A stretch of 64,000 bases of DNA, from positions 6,716-70,715 of IMG/VR virus record IMGVR_UViG_3300009709_000299; one strand, written 5' to 3'. Positions 29,215 to 38,203 of the stretch are shown piece after piece. The stretch is from a virus (lineage: Duplodnaviria > Caudoviricetes). The notes beneath the pieces are model-generated. The model had not been told where the DNA came from, made no database searches, and worked only from the letters and a program-made list of their open reading frames with translations. Numbering within the stretch: the first letter of the stretch is position 1; every line of letters starts with the position of its first letter. Position numbers and translations under genes: made by a program.

Positions 29215-30402
29215 ATGGAAAAAGAACCAATTAATTTAACTTTTAACACTATCGATCATCAAGATAAAGAGGCTTTATGTGATTTTTTAATGACAAATGA
29301 TCAATGGAGTAAAGGACCAGAAACTGTTGCTTTTGAAAAAGAGTTCAGCGAATTTTTAGGTTCTAAAAATTCTGTTTTTTGTAATTCAGGATCATCTGCT
29401 ATATTATTAATGTTATATACATTAATTATAGGTAAAAAAATGAAAAATAATAAAGTGGTTTTATCTGCATGTTCATGGAGTACAGATTTATCAAGTATTA
29501 TACAACTTGGATTAGAACCAATATTATGTGATGTTAATGATAAAGATTTAAGTGTTTCATTAGTTGAGTTAGAAAAAATTTTTATACAAGAATCTCCTTC
29601 TGTATTATTATTAGTTTCTGCTCTAGGGTTAGTACCAAAAATGGATGAAGTTGTTGAATTATGTAAAAAATATGGAGTTCTTTTATTAGAGGATGTTTGT
29701 GAATCATTGAATTCATCATTCAACAATAAAAAGCTTGGTACTTTTGGTATTATGTCATGTTTTAGTTTTTTTTATTCACATCATTTTACAACTATAGAAG
29801 GTGGAATGGTATGTGTAAATGAAAATATTGGTGAAAATGAAGAAGAATTATATCAAATATTATTATCATTACGTTCTCATGGTTGGACAAGAGATAATTC
29901 AGAATCATATAAACAACAAATGAAAAATAAATGGAATACTGATTCATTTAATGATATGTATACTTTTTATTATCCAGGATTTAATTTAAGATCTACTGAT
30001 TTACAAGCTTTTATAGGTAGAAGGCAATTAAAAAAAGCAGATAAAATGTGTGAGGTAAGATATAAAAATTATCTACTTTATAAAAAATATTTAAAAACAG
30101 AATGGTTACCACAAGAACATGATAATACTTTTACATCTAATTTTTGTTTTCCTATTCTTCATGAAAAAAGAGATGAAATAGTAGAAGCTTTATTAAAAAA
30201 TAATATTCAATGTAGACCTTTGATAGCTGGTAATTTAGGAGTACATCCTGTATATATTGAAAGATATGGAAGAACAGATAGTAATATAATGAGTAATGCA
30301 GATTATATACATAAGTATGGTTTATATATTCCAAATAATCATTCTCTTACAGAAGATCAGATTATTTTTATATGTTCAATCATAAATGAATTTTGTAATT
30401 AG
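29215..30402 (+). CDS. PLP-dependent GDP-4-keto-6-deoxymannose 3-dehydratase (ColD-like, DegT/DnrJ family); start revised to ATG 29215
   Basis: NSGSSA, EDVCES, and SFFYSHHFTTIEGG with His where aminotransferases of this family carry the PLP lysine, the ColD/E1 dehydratase signature; HGWTR and PGFNLRSTD also match. Confidence 0.8.
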   Translation: MEKEPINLTFNTIDHQDKEALCDFLMTNDQWSKGPETVAFEKEFSEFLGSKNSVFCNSGSSAILLMLYTLIIGKKMKNNKVVLSACSWSTDLSSIIQLGLEPILCDVNDKDLSVSLVELEKIFIQESPSVLLLVSALGLVPKMDEVVELCKKYGVLLLEDVCESLNSSFNNKKLGTFGIMSCFSFFYSHHFTTIEGGMVCVNENIGENEEELYQILLSLRSHGWTRDNSESYKQQMKNKWNTDSFNDMYTFYYPGFNLRSTDLQAFIGRRQLKKADKMCEVRYKNYLLYKKYLKTEWLPQEHDNTFTSNFCFPILHEKRDEIVEALLKNNIQCRPLIAGNLGVHPVYIERYGRTDSNIMSNADYIHKYGLYIPNNHSLTEDQIIFICSIINEFCN

Positions 30403-30407
30403 AAATA

Positions 30408-30435
30408 TACTTTTATAAAATGATTTATAAAAGTA
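30408..30435 (+). terminator. AT-rich hairpin after the glycan operon
   Basis: TACTTTTATAAA / TTTATAAAAGTA with a 4-nt loop; weak because it has almost no GC pairs. Confidence 0.4.
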
Positions 30436-30474
30436 AAAAAAATAATTTAAATTTGTAAAATTTGGTATGAAAAT

Positions 30475-32028
30475 ATGAAGATAGAAAAATTGAGTAAGAA
30501 AGATTTAGAATATATAAAATCAACCTATTATAATAAATCACTTTCTTATGGTCAAAGAATAGATGAGTTAATTAAATTTTTTGGTAAATCTGAACGTACT
30601 GTAAGAAGATATTTAGTTTCTTTAGGATTTAAAGAAAAGCAAAATATTGAATCTGAACAATTTAAAAAAGCTAAAGAAAAAAAATTTGATAAACGTAAAA
30701 AATGTTTTATTATAACTTGGGCTCAAAATTCTACTCCTGTTCATGATGGTTTTCTAAAAAATATTGAAGCATATGCAGAATATATCAATGCTTCAATACA
30801 TTGTATTTGTGGAAGATATAATAATCAAAATCAAAAGTTAGAAAATAATACACCTGATACTTGGGATAAAAAAATAGAAAAATACCTAGATGCATCTAGA
30901 CATCATATACATAAACATATATCAATTTTAGCTGATATAAAAATTCAACCTACTGCTGTTAGCCCTTTAACTTCACTAGAATCTTTAACTGAAAATAGTT
31001 CTGCTATTGTTGGTCATCCTAGAGTACATATGAAATCAATGCCTGTTATTGATGTTGAACATCCTAAAATGTTATTTTCTACAGGCTCTATTACTAAACC
31101 CAATTTTACAGATAGTCGTTCAGGTCGTATTGGAGAGTTTCATTTTGTTTATGGTTTTGTAGTTGTAGAAATTAAAGATGATGAAACTTATTTTATAAGA
31201 CAAGTAACTGCAGATTCAAATGGTGATTTTAATGATCTTTATTTTAATGTTAAAAATGGAAACATATCACGTATAGATAGTACTTTAGCTTTAATTAAAG
31301 GTGATTTACATTATGGAAGTCATGATGAAAAAGTTTTAGAACGTTCTTTTTCTGAATTAATTCCTAAAATAAAACCAGAAAAAATATTTTTACATGATAT
31401 TTTTGATGGTATTTCAGTAAATCCACATATTACTTCATTAAGTGAAATGTATTTTAATGAAATTCATGATAAAAATAATATAAAAAAAGAAATAAATGTA
31501 TTATTAGAATTTTTAAATACAATAAAACATTATAATTTATATGTTGTTTTTTCTAATCATGATGATTTTTTAACTAGATTTATAAATAATGGTGATGTTA
31601 AAAAAAATATAAAAAATGCAGTAGAATATATGGAATATGGTAAAATTTTGTTGGAGGGTAATGCTCCAAAAGGAATTATACCATATATTATAAATAATAA
31701 ATTTCCTAAAATAAAATGTTTAGGTAAAGATGAAAGCTTTAAAGTAAAAGGTTGGGAATGTTCTATGCATGGACATTATGGTTCTAATGGCAGCAAAGGA
31801 AGTGTTCAACAATTTAGAAAATTAAATACTAAAACTATTACTGCTCATGGACATGGGGCTTTTAGATTTGATGGAGCTGTTCAAGTAGGTACAAATTCTA
31901 AATTGAAATTAAATTATACACAAGGACCATCTTGTTGGGTACATGCAGATGCTATTATTCATAATGATGGAAAATGTCAATTAATCATATTTTCAGGACC
32001 TGATAGAGAATATACTACTTTTGAATAA
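30475..32028 (+). CDS. HTH-fused calcineurin-like metallophosphoesterase/nuclease (possibly T5 A1-like)
   Basis: N-terminal HTH (KSERTVRRYL); GDLH, LHDIFDG, SNHD, MHGH and AHGH metal-binding motifs. The A1 relationship is recalled, not searched. Confidence 0.75.
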   Translation: MKIEKLSKKDLEYIKSTYYNKSLSYGQRIDELIKFFGKSERTVRRYLVSLGFKEKQNIESEQFKKAKEKKFDKRKKCFIITWAQNSTPVHDGFLKNIEAYAEYINASIHCICGRYNNQNQKLENNTPDTWDKKIEKYLDASRHHIHKHISILADIKIQPTAVSPLTSLESLTENSSAIVGHPRVHMKSMPVIDVEHPKMLFSTGSITKPNFTDSRSGRIGEFHFVYGFVVVEIKDDETYFIRQVTADSNGDFNDLYFNVKNGNISRIDSTLALIKGDLHYGSHDEKVLERSFSELIPKIKPEKIFLHDIFDGISVNPHITSLSEMYFNEIHDKNNIKKEINVLLEFLNTIKHYNLYVVFSNHDDFLTRFINNGDVKKNIKNAVEYMEYGKILLEGNAPKGIIPYIINNKFPKIKCLGKDESFKVKGWECSMHGHYGSNGSKGSVQQFRKLNTKTITAHGHGAFRFDGAVQVGTNSKLKLNYTQGPSCWVHADAIIHNDGKCQLIIFSGPDREYTTFE

Positions 32029-32095
32029 AATATATATAAAAAAAATATTATCTTTTATCTTATGAAAGACAAAACGTAAATTTTGGCTTAATGCT

Positions 32096-32374
32096 GTGTT
32101 TGATGGATTTGATGAAATGTGTAGGCGTTTAAAAGAAAAAAATGAAAATGAAATAAAAATCAATAAAATAGAAATTAAAATTGGAACTATTTTAAAAATT
32201 AAAGATAATAGAGAAAAAAATAATTTTGGAGTAAGTGAATTTTTAGTAACATTCGTAGATGATGATTCTTTTATTGTACAGGGTGAAGGTGTAACTTGGT
32301 GGTGGCATAAAAAAATGTTAACTCCATTTATTGGAAATGCTACTATTTTAGAAATAATGAATAATATAGAATAA
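32096..32374 (+). CDS. Hypothetical protein
   Basis: 92-aa ORF; start uncertain (the frame is open a few codons further upstream; an out-of-frame ATG lies at 32062). Confidence 0.55.
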   Translation: MFDGFDEMCRRLKEKNENEIKINKIEIKIGTILKIKDNREKNNFGVSEFLVTFVDDDSFIVQGEGVTWWWHKKMLTPFIGNATILEIMNNIE

Positions 32375-32388
32375 ATATACATTTGAAT

Positions 32389-33108
32389 ATGAAAAAAAAA
32401 ATAGGAATTAATATTGATGGTATTTTAAGAAATTACCTAGATAAATTTGAAAAGGTTTATATATCTACTTATATTAGTAATCCAAGTATAGTAGATACTA
32501 CAGATGAGTTTCAATATAAAGAACTTACAGAAGAGGAAGCTGAAAAAAAAGCTTTAAAAATTCAAGAAGAAATAAAAAAAAGAATTAAAAAACCTTTTGA
32601 TTCATATGACTTATTAAATCACTTTTATTTTGAATCAGGTGAAAATTATCTTGGAGAACAAGTTGATCCTCAAGGTAAATTATCTGAATTTTTATATGAA
32701 TTAAAAACTTTTCCAATATTTGGTCAAGCAGAACCATTTCCAGGTTCATTTAATGCTTTACATGAATTACAATTACAAGGAAGAGAATCTGATGCATTTG
32801 ATATAATTTTATTATCTCATTTAAATAGTAAAGCTATAACTGCAACTTATACATTTTTGGGTAATAATGGTTGTAGAGCTAAAAACATTAAATTTGTAGA
32901 TTATGATTATGAAAAATGGGAATATTGTGATGTATTAATTGATATTGCTCCTGAATCATTTCAAACTAAGCCTGAAGGAAAATTATCTGTTAAAATTGAA
33001 CAACCTTATAATATTTGGGATTCTACTGATTATTCTTTTTCATCTTTGAAAGATTTAATAAAAAATAAGGAATTTATTGAAGATATTATAAAATTTTGTA
33101 AAAATTAA
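32389..33108 (+). CDS. HAD-fold 5'(3')-deoxyribonucleotidase-like protein (start revised to ATG 32389)
   Basis: IGINIDGILRN motif I, AEPFPG, KWEYCDVLID, QPYN; the first motif-I Asp is replaced by Asn. Confidence 0.7.
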   Translation: MKKKIGINIDGILRNYLDKFEKVYISTYISNPSIVDTTDEFQYKELTEEEAEKKALKIQEEIKKRIKKPFDSYDLLNHFYFESGENYLGEQVDPQGKLSEFLYELKTFPIFGQAEPFPGSFNALHELQLQGRESDAFDIILLSHLNSKAITATYTFLGNNGCRAKNIKFVDYDYEKWEYCDVLIDIAPESFQTKPEGKLSVKIEQPYNIWDSTDYSFSSLKDLIKNKEFIEDIIKFCKN

Positions 33109-33116
33109 AAAAAATA

Positions 33117-33473
33117 TTGAATATGATTAAATTAAACAGTCTATCAGAAATAGACAATTCAACTAAAGAAGGAAAAATATTACTTGCTGCTATTTCTTTA
33201 ATTAAGAAATCAAATGATCATTCTGATGATTTTATTTTAAATAATTTAAATGAAATAGTTAATGATATGTTTATATCTCCTGAACAAAAGTTAAAAAAAG
33301 ATATTCAAAATATAATTTTTGATAATGTTATTAATAAATATTATAATCAAAAAACTGGAAAGCCTGTTGAAACTTATGATGAAATACCAACTATATTTCA
33401 TGATGCTATTAATAAAAATCTTGATGATTTGATTCTAGTATTAAAAAGTTTTGGAATCTTTCAACAAAAATAA
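33117..33473 (+). CDS. Hypothetical protein
   Basis: 118-aa ORF ending at a terminator. Confidence 0.6.
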   Translation: MNMIKLNSLSEIDNSTKEGKILLAAISLIKKSNDHSDDFILNNLNEIVNDMFISPEQKLKKDIQNIIFDNVINKYYNQKTGKPVETYDEIPTIFHDAINKNLDDLILVLKSFGIFQQK

Positions 33474-33503
33474 AAAAGAGCTTTAAAAAGCTCTTTTTTA
33501 TTT
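33468..33503 (+). terminator. Intrinsic terminator
   Basis: AAATAAAAAAGAGCTTT / AAAGCTCTTTTTTATTT inverted repeat. Confidence 0.75.
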
Positions 33504-33568
33504 AAAAAAACATTTTTTTCACTTTAATTTTATTTTTATCCTGATTATATTTTTTTAAAAATAAAAAT

Positions 33569-34741
33569 ATGTCAGAATTACAAATTTCGATTTTAAATGA
33601 GACTATACAAAAGCTTAAAAATAGAGAATTTTCTATTTATGTATATTCTCCTGGACAAGTATTTCAGTCTGGTGGAATTAACTTATTGTATAGAATGTGT
33701 AGAATTTTAAAAGATAATGGTTTTAATGTTAAGGTTTTGTATGAAGCTAAAATAGATGAGAGAGCTAGCGCACAAGCAACATTAAAAGCTCAAAAAAAAG
33801 TTAATATTTTTCAAAAAATGAATTTTGATTGGATGGATGTTAATGTATCTGATTTAGAATTTATTCCACAAGCAGGAGAGGCTACTGAAATAATATATTC
33901 AGATGGAACAAAAGAAAAAATAAAACCACTGTCAATTGGAGTTGAAGATTTTTTAATTATACCAGAAGGTTTTGGAAATATTATAGCTCAAACAGTTAAT
34001 TTAACATGTAAAAGAATTGTATTAGCACAATCTTGGTTATATATATTAAACAGTTTAAATCCATCTCAAACTTGGTCTAATCTTGGAATAAAAGATGTAA
34101 TTAGTATAAGTGATGTAGTTACTAATTATATTAAATCTATTTTTCCTGCAGTTAATATAAAACAATTCGATCAATCAATTAATAGAAATTTATTTAATGT
34201 TCCAACTAAAATTTCTCATAAACAACCTATTGTATTATTTAATGCTAATAGAGGTCCTGAAAGTAGAGCTGTAGCGTATTCAGTTATACGTACTTTTCAA
34301 GAGTGGTTTCCTCACTATAAATGGGTAAAATTTATTGAAATGTCAGGATTATCAAAAGAAGAATATGCAAATAGAATGAAAGAAGGTTCTATTTTTATGT
34401 CATTTGATTCTGTTGGAGCATTTTCAACAAGTTCATTAGAAGCAATAGCATCTGGAACTTTAAATATATCATATTTGGCATATGGACCATCACAATATGC
34501 TAATCAAAATAATGGATATTGGATTCAAAATGGAGATGCATTTCAAATGGCTGAAACCCTTGGAGCAGTAGTGGATAGATTATTTAATGGTGTATATGAT
34601 AATAATCCTGAAATTCAAAAAGCTTATGAAGAAACTTTATCAAGATATACAGAAGAAAAAGAACAAGAAGCAATTTTAAAAATTTACAACGAATATATAA
34701 ACGAAAGAATAAATGAACTTACAAATTTCCAAACAAAGTAA
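33569..34741 (+). CDS. GT-B (GT4-like) glycosyltransferase
   Basis: SGGINLLY, IIPEGF, VLAQSW, SLEAIASG motifs. Confidence 0.75.
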   Translation: MSELQISILNETIQKLKNREFSIYVYSPGQVFQSGGINLLYRMCRILKDNGFNVKVLYEAKIDERASAQATLKAQKKVNIFQKMNFDWMDVNVSDLEFIPQAGEATEIIYSDGTKEKIKPLSIGVEDFLIIPEGFGNIIAQTVNLTCKRIVLAQSWLYILNSLNPSQTWSNLGIKDVISISDVVTNYIKSIFPAVNIKQFDQSINRNLFNVPTKISHKQPIVLFNANRGPESRAVAYSVIRTFQEWFPHYKWVKFIEMSGLSKEEYANRMKEGSIFMSFDSVGAFSTSSLEAIASGTLNISYLAYGPSQYANQNNGYWIQNGDAFQMAETLGAVVDRLFNGVYDNNPEIQKAYEETLSRYTEEKEQEAILKIYNEYINERINELTNFQTK

Positions 34742-35654
34742 TACCTTAATTAATCTATTTGTAGATTCAGAAGGTTTAAAGAATGAAAATGATTTAAATA
34801 ATTGTTTGTATAGTATTGCTAAACAAATAAAAAAAGTTGATTTAATAATATTATATAATTCTTTAACAACAGAAGAATTAGAAAAATTACAATCTATTAT
34901 TGAAAATCCTATTTTAAAATTACCAAAACAACAAGAAGATGGTTCTATTATTATAGAAGAAATTAAACTTTTAGAAAATGAATTATTAAATGCTCAATTA
35001 ATAAAAACAAATGCTGATAATTTTTCAAAAATTTTTAATGAAGGATTTAATTACTCTTTAGATAATAATTATGAATTCTATTCTGTAATAGAACAAGAAG
35101 ATAGTTTTGCTATTCATTGGTTTAATACTACTATGATTTATTTTGATGAAAATCCAAATATTTCTGTATTTGTACCATTAATTAGAAATAATGTTAATGG
35201 AACATTTTCAGGTTTTATTAATGAAGCTTCTATGGTAGAGGGTTTGGCAGAAGAATTTGGTCAATATGATATAGCTCTTTTATTACGATACAATGTTATT
35301 AATCCATTAGGAGCTGTTTATAAAGTATCTTCAATTAAAGAATATTCTGAACAAAAATCTGATGGTAAATTTTATCCATATAAAGAATCAATAAAAATTA
35401 CTCATTCTTATGAATTCTTTTTGAGAATGATTTATAATGATTTGAAAATAAAAACTATTCCACGTATTGGTTATGAACTAAAATTAATAAATAAAAATAT
35501 ATATTTATCAACTTCATCAAAAACACCTCAAAATATTGCAATAATACCTACAGAAAAAGGAGGTATTAATGTAAAGGAACTTCAATTTTATCTTGAACTT
35601 GCTAAAAAAGAATATTTCTTTGATACAGATAGAAATGTAATATTTAATCAATAA
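34713..35654 (+). CDS. Divergent GT-A (GT2-like) glycosyltransferase
   Basis: CLYSIAKQ, FNEGFNY, IEQEDSF, SYEFFLRM pattern of GT2-like folds. Confidence 0.6.
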   Translation: MNLQISKQSNTLINLFVDSEGLKNENDLNNCLYSIAKQIKKVDLIILYNSLTTEELEKLQSIIENPILKLPKQQEDGSIIIEEIKLLENELLNAQLIKTNADNFSKIFNEGFNYSLDNNYEFYSVIEQEDSFAIHWFNTTMIYFDENPNISVFVPLIRNNVNGTFSGFINEASMVEGLAEEFGQYDIALLLRYNVINPLGAVYKVSSIKEYSEQKSDGKFYPYKESIKITHSYEFFLRMIYNDLKIKTIPRIGYELKLINKNIYLSTSSKTPQNIAIIPTEKGGINVKELQFYLELAKKEYFFDTDRNVIFNQ

Positions 35655-35657
35655 AAC

Positions 35658-36569
35658 ATGTCAATAAATAATCAAATTAATGATAATGAAGAGGAAGAGT
35701 CAACACCATTAAGTGCTGATTTGAATATAGATGGTTCAGAAATTTTTGAACATGATTTTATATTTACAAGTGATCAAAAAGTTTATTGGACAGAAGAACA
35801 AGAACGTGCTGTAATTGATTATCTATGGTTAGATGAAACTTGGTTAAAAAATAAAATAAAATGGTTGTTAGAATCAATAGAAAAATTAGAAAAAAAAATA
35901 GATTTATCTAATATAGAACTTTATAATGAATTAATAGAAGAATCACGAAAATCTGAAAACAAAAAGAAAAAAGAAAAAATTTTTAGAGATAAAATTGAAA
36001 AACCTATTAATAAATTAGTTGAGAATGTGGTTTTTAATTATAAATTATTTAGAAAAGATATTGATGTTAAAAGTTTAGAGTTTGATGCACTAGGATTTCT
36101 AATGACTAAGTTTGCTAATTTTGATCCAAGTGAAAACGCTAAAGCATATTCTTATTATGGAACAGTTGTTAAACACTATTTGATTGGGGAAAAAAAAGAT
36201 CTTTATAAAGATCAACAAAGTCACTTAGAATATGAAACTTCTAAAGAAGAAGTAGATATTAAAAATAAATATGATATACATCAACCTAGTCATCTTGATG
36301 AATCTTCTAAATTATTTAATTTTACTATAGAACAATTAAAAAATGAAATAAAAGATCCATCTATGTCAGATAATGACAAAAAAGTTGGAAATGCAATTAT
36401 TGAAATATTTTTAAATCATGAAGAAATAGGTATTTATTCTAAAAATAATTTATATCAAATGATTAAAGAATATACTTCTTTACAAACAAAAGATATTACT
36501 TATTCTTTATCTCGATTTAAAAATTTTTATAAAAATAATAAACAATTTTTTCTTAAAAAGAACAAATAA
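35658..36569 (+). CDS. Phage RNA polymerase sigma-factor-like protein (possible late sigma, gp55-like role)
   Basis: PINKLVENVVFNY...FLMTKFANFDP...AYSYYGTVVKHYL resembles sigma region 2; C-terminal HTH-like segment. Confidence 0.6.
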   Translation: MSINNQINDNEEEESTPLSADLNIDGSEIFEHDFIFTSDQKVYWTEEQERAVIDYLWLDETWLKNKIKWLLESIEKLEKKIDLSNIELYNELIEESRKSENKKKKEKIFRDKIEKPINKLVENVVFNYKLFRKDIDVKSLEFDALGFLMTKFANFDPSENAKAYSYYGTVVKHYLIGEKKDLYKDQQSHLEYETSKEEVDIKNKYDIHQPSHLDESSKLFNFTIEQLKNEIKDPSMSDNDKKVGNAIIEIFLNHEEIGIYSKNNLYQMIKEYTSLQTKDITYSLSRFKNFYKNNKQFFLKKNK

Positions 36570-36604
36570 ACTTTTTTTATTAAAATATTTATAATAAAAA
36601 AGCT

Positions 36605-36979
36605 ATGAAAATAGATATTTCTAAAGATGGTTATAATACTCTTTTAAATAAAATATTTAAAAATTTAGAAGAAGAAAGAAATCTAGCATTAGATAGGTAT
36701 AGAATTCAGGATGAAACAGTAAAAGAACCTACAGATTTTGTATTACAAGGTAAAGAAATGGTCGCTTTTCTGAAATTAGCTTCTGATAGAACAGATACTA
36801 TGTTAGCTTTAACTAAAGATATCAAAGATATAACATTTGCTAATCAATTAAATGATTCTTCTAATACAACAACATCTGATGATGAAAGGAAGGAATTAGA
36901 AGATTTAGTAAAAGAATTAAAAAATAAAAATAATATAGATGATTTTAGATCAGATAATAATGAACTAGATGCTGAATAA
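36605..36979 (+). CDS. Hypothetical late protein
   Basis: 124 aa; late motif ATATTTATA at 36585-36593 begins an operon running to 40266. Confidence 0.7.
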   Translation: MKIDISKDGYNTLLNKIFKNLEEERNLALDRYRIQDETVKEPTDFVLQGKEMVAFLKLASDRTDTMLALTKDIKDITFANQLNDSSNTTTSDDERKELEDLVKELKNKNNIDDFRSDNNELDAE

Positions 36980-36982
36980 CAA

Positions 36983-38200
36983 ATGGCTTTTAAAAATCAA
37001 AATGGTGCAACTTTAACAGATTCTCAATCTGAGCTTACTTCTAAAATAGGTTCAATGAAATCGCTTTTATCATTACCATCTATTTTTAAAAAAAATATAC
37101 CAAAAAATCAACAAATAAGTTCATATGATTATTTAATGAAAATATTAAGATCTATTGGTATAACTCCTGAATTAATAATTCAAATATTTGTTAATAAAGT
37201 TTTTAGTATTGCTGAAAATTTTTTAGAAGATAAAGTTATAGAAGCAATGGGAGTAGCTTTAGATGCAAAAGGAATAAAATTATCTCAAAATCAAACTAAT
37301 GCTGATGTTTTACGAGCTGCTATACCAGCAAATTTTTTAGTTGCTGTTAAATTAAAAATTGCACAAGAATTAACTTATATGATTTTTGGACCAAGAAATG
37401 GTTCTGCAGCACAAACTTTAGTTCCTGATGTTATACGTAGAAATTTTTTATTAGGAGAAGCTGTATGTGGAATAAATATATTTTCTTTATCTAATAATCC
37501 AACTATTAGAAATGAAGATATAGCATTTAATAGAGTTAAGTTAGCTGAACAATTAGAGAGAGGTGAAGTAATATTTGAAATAAATTGTCAAGATGTAAAA
37601 ATAAAACTTCCAGATGATCCAAGTATTTTTTTTAATACAAGTGGACCAAATACTATTTCTAGTTCACCAATAACACCTGCTCAAAGTATAGATTTAGTAG
37701 TATCATATGTTCAAAATAGGGCTCAACAAATTAATAATCAACAAAATTCAAAGCAAGTTGGAAAAACTTTTATGGAAATTTTTGTTGAAAAATTATTAAA
37801 TTATATAACTACATTAGTGCTTCCTTATTTAGGTCCAATATTTGCTTTTTTAAAAACTAGAAATGAAACAATAAATTTAACACCAGAAAATACTTTATAT
37901 GGAACTTGTGCAATTGAAGCCAATCCAAACTCTTTAGAAACACAAGCTTTTTCAAAAGCATTAATAAATTCTTTATATAGAGAACTTATTAAAAGTTTAT
38001 TATTAGAAGCAATTAAAGGTTTTAAAAAATTAGTAAGTGCATATTTTGCTAAGACAGCTCTTGAAAAAATGAGAAGAAAAGCTGAAAAAATTAAATTAAA
38101 ATTTAAAATATTTAAAGGTTCAGAAGATTTACAAGGAGCAGCTCGACAAAAAAAAGCATTAAGTTCTTTAAGTGGTATTTTAGGAAATGAAAAAGTATAA
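36983..38200 (+). CDS. Hypothetical protein, probably virion structural
   Basis: 405 aa in the late operon upstream of the spike gene. Confidence 0.6.
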   Translation: MAFKNQNGATLTDSQSELTSKIGSMKSLLSLPSIFKKNIPKNQQISSYDYLMKILRSIGITPELIIQIFVNKVFSIAENFLEDKVIEAMGVALDAKGIKLSQNQTNADVLRAAIPANFLVAVKLKIAQELTYMIFGPRNGSAAQTLVPDVIRRNFLLGEAVCGINIFSLSNNPTIRNEDIAFNRVKLAEQLERGEVIFEINCQDVKIKLPDDPSIFFNTSGPNTISSSPITPAQSIDLVVSYVQNRAQQINNQQNSKQVGKTFMEIFVEKLLNYITTLVLPYLGPIFAFLKTRNETINLTPENTLYGTCAIEANPNSLETQAFSKALINSLYRELIKSLLLEAIKGFKKLVSAYFAKTALEKMRRKAEKIKLKFKIFKGSEDLQGAARQKKALSSLSGILGNEKV

Positions 38201-38203
38201 CAT

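Noticed and set aside
32062-32096. Frameshifted start (ATG AAA GAC vs MKTKRKFWL...) of the 92-aa ORF
   Set aside because: A single-base difference in a short A-run cannot be separated from sequencing error without reads; a GTG start is available.
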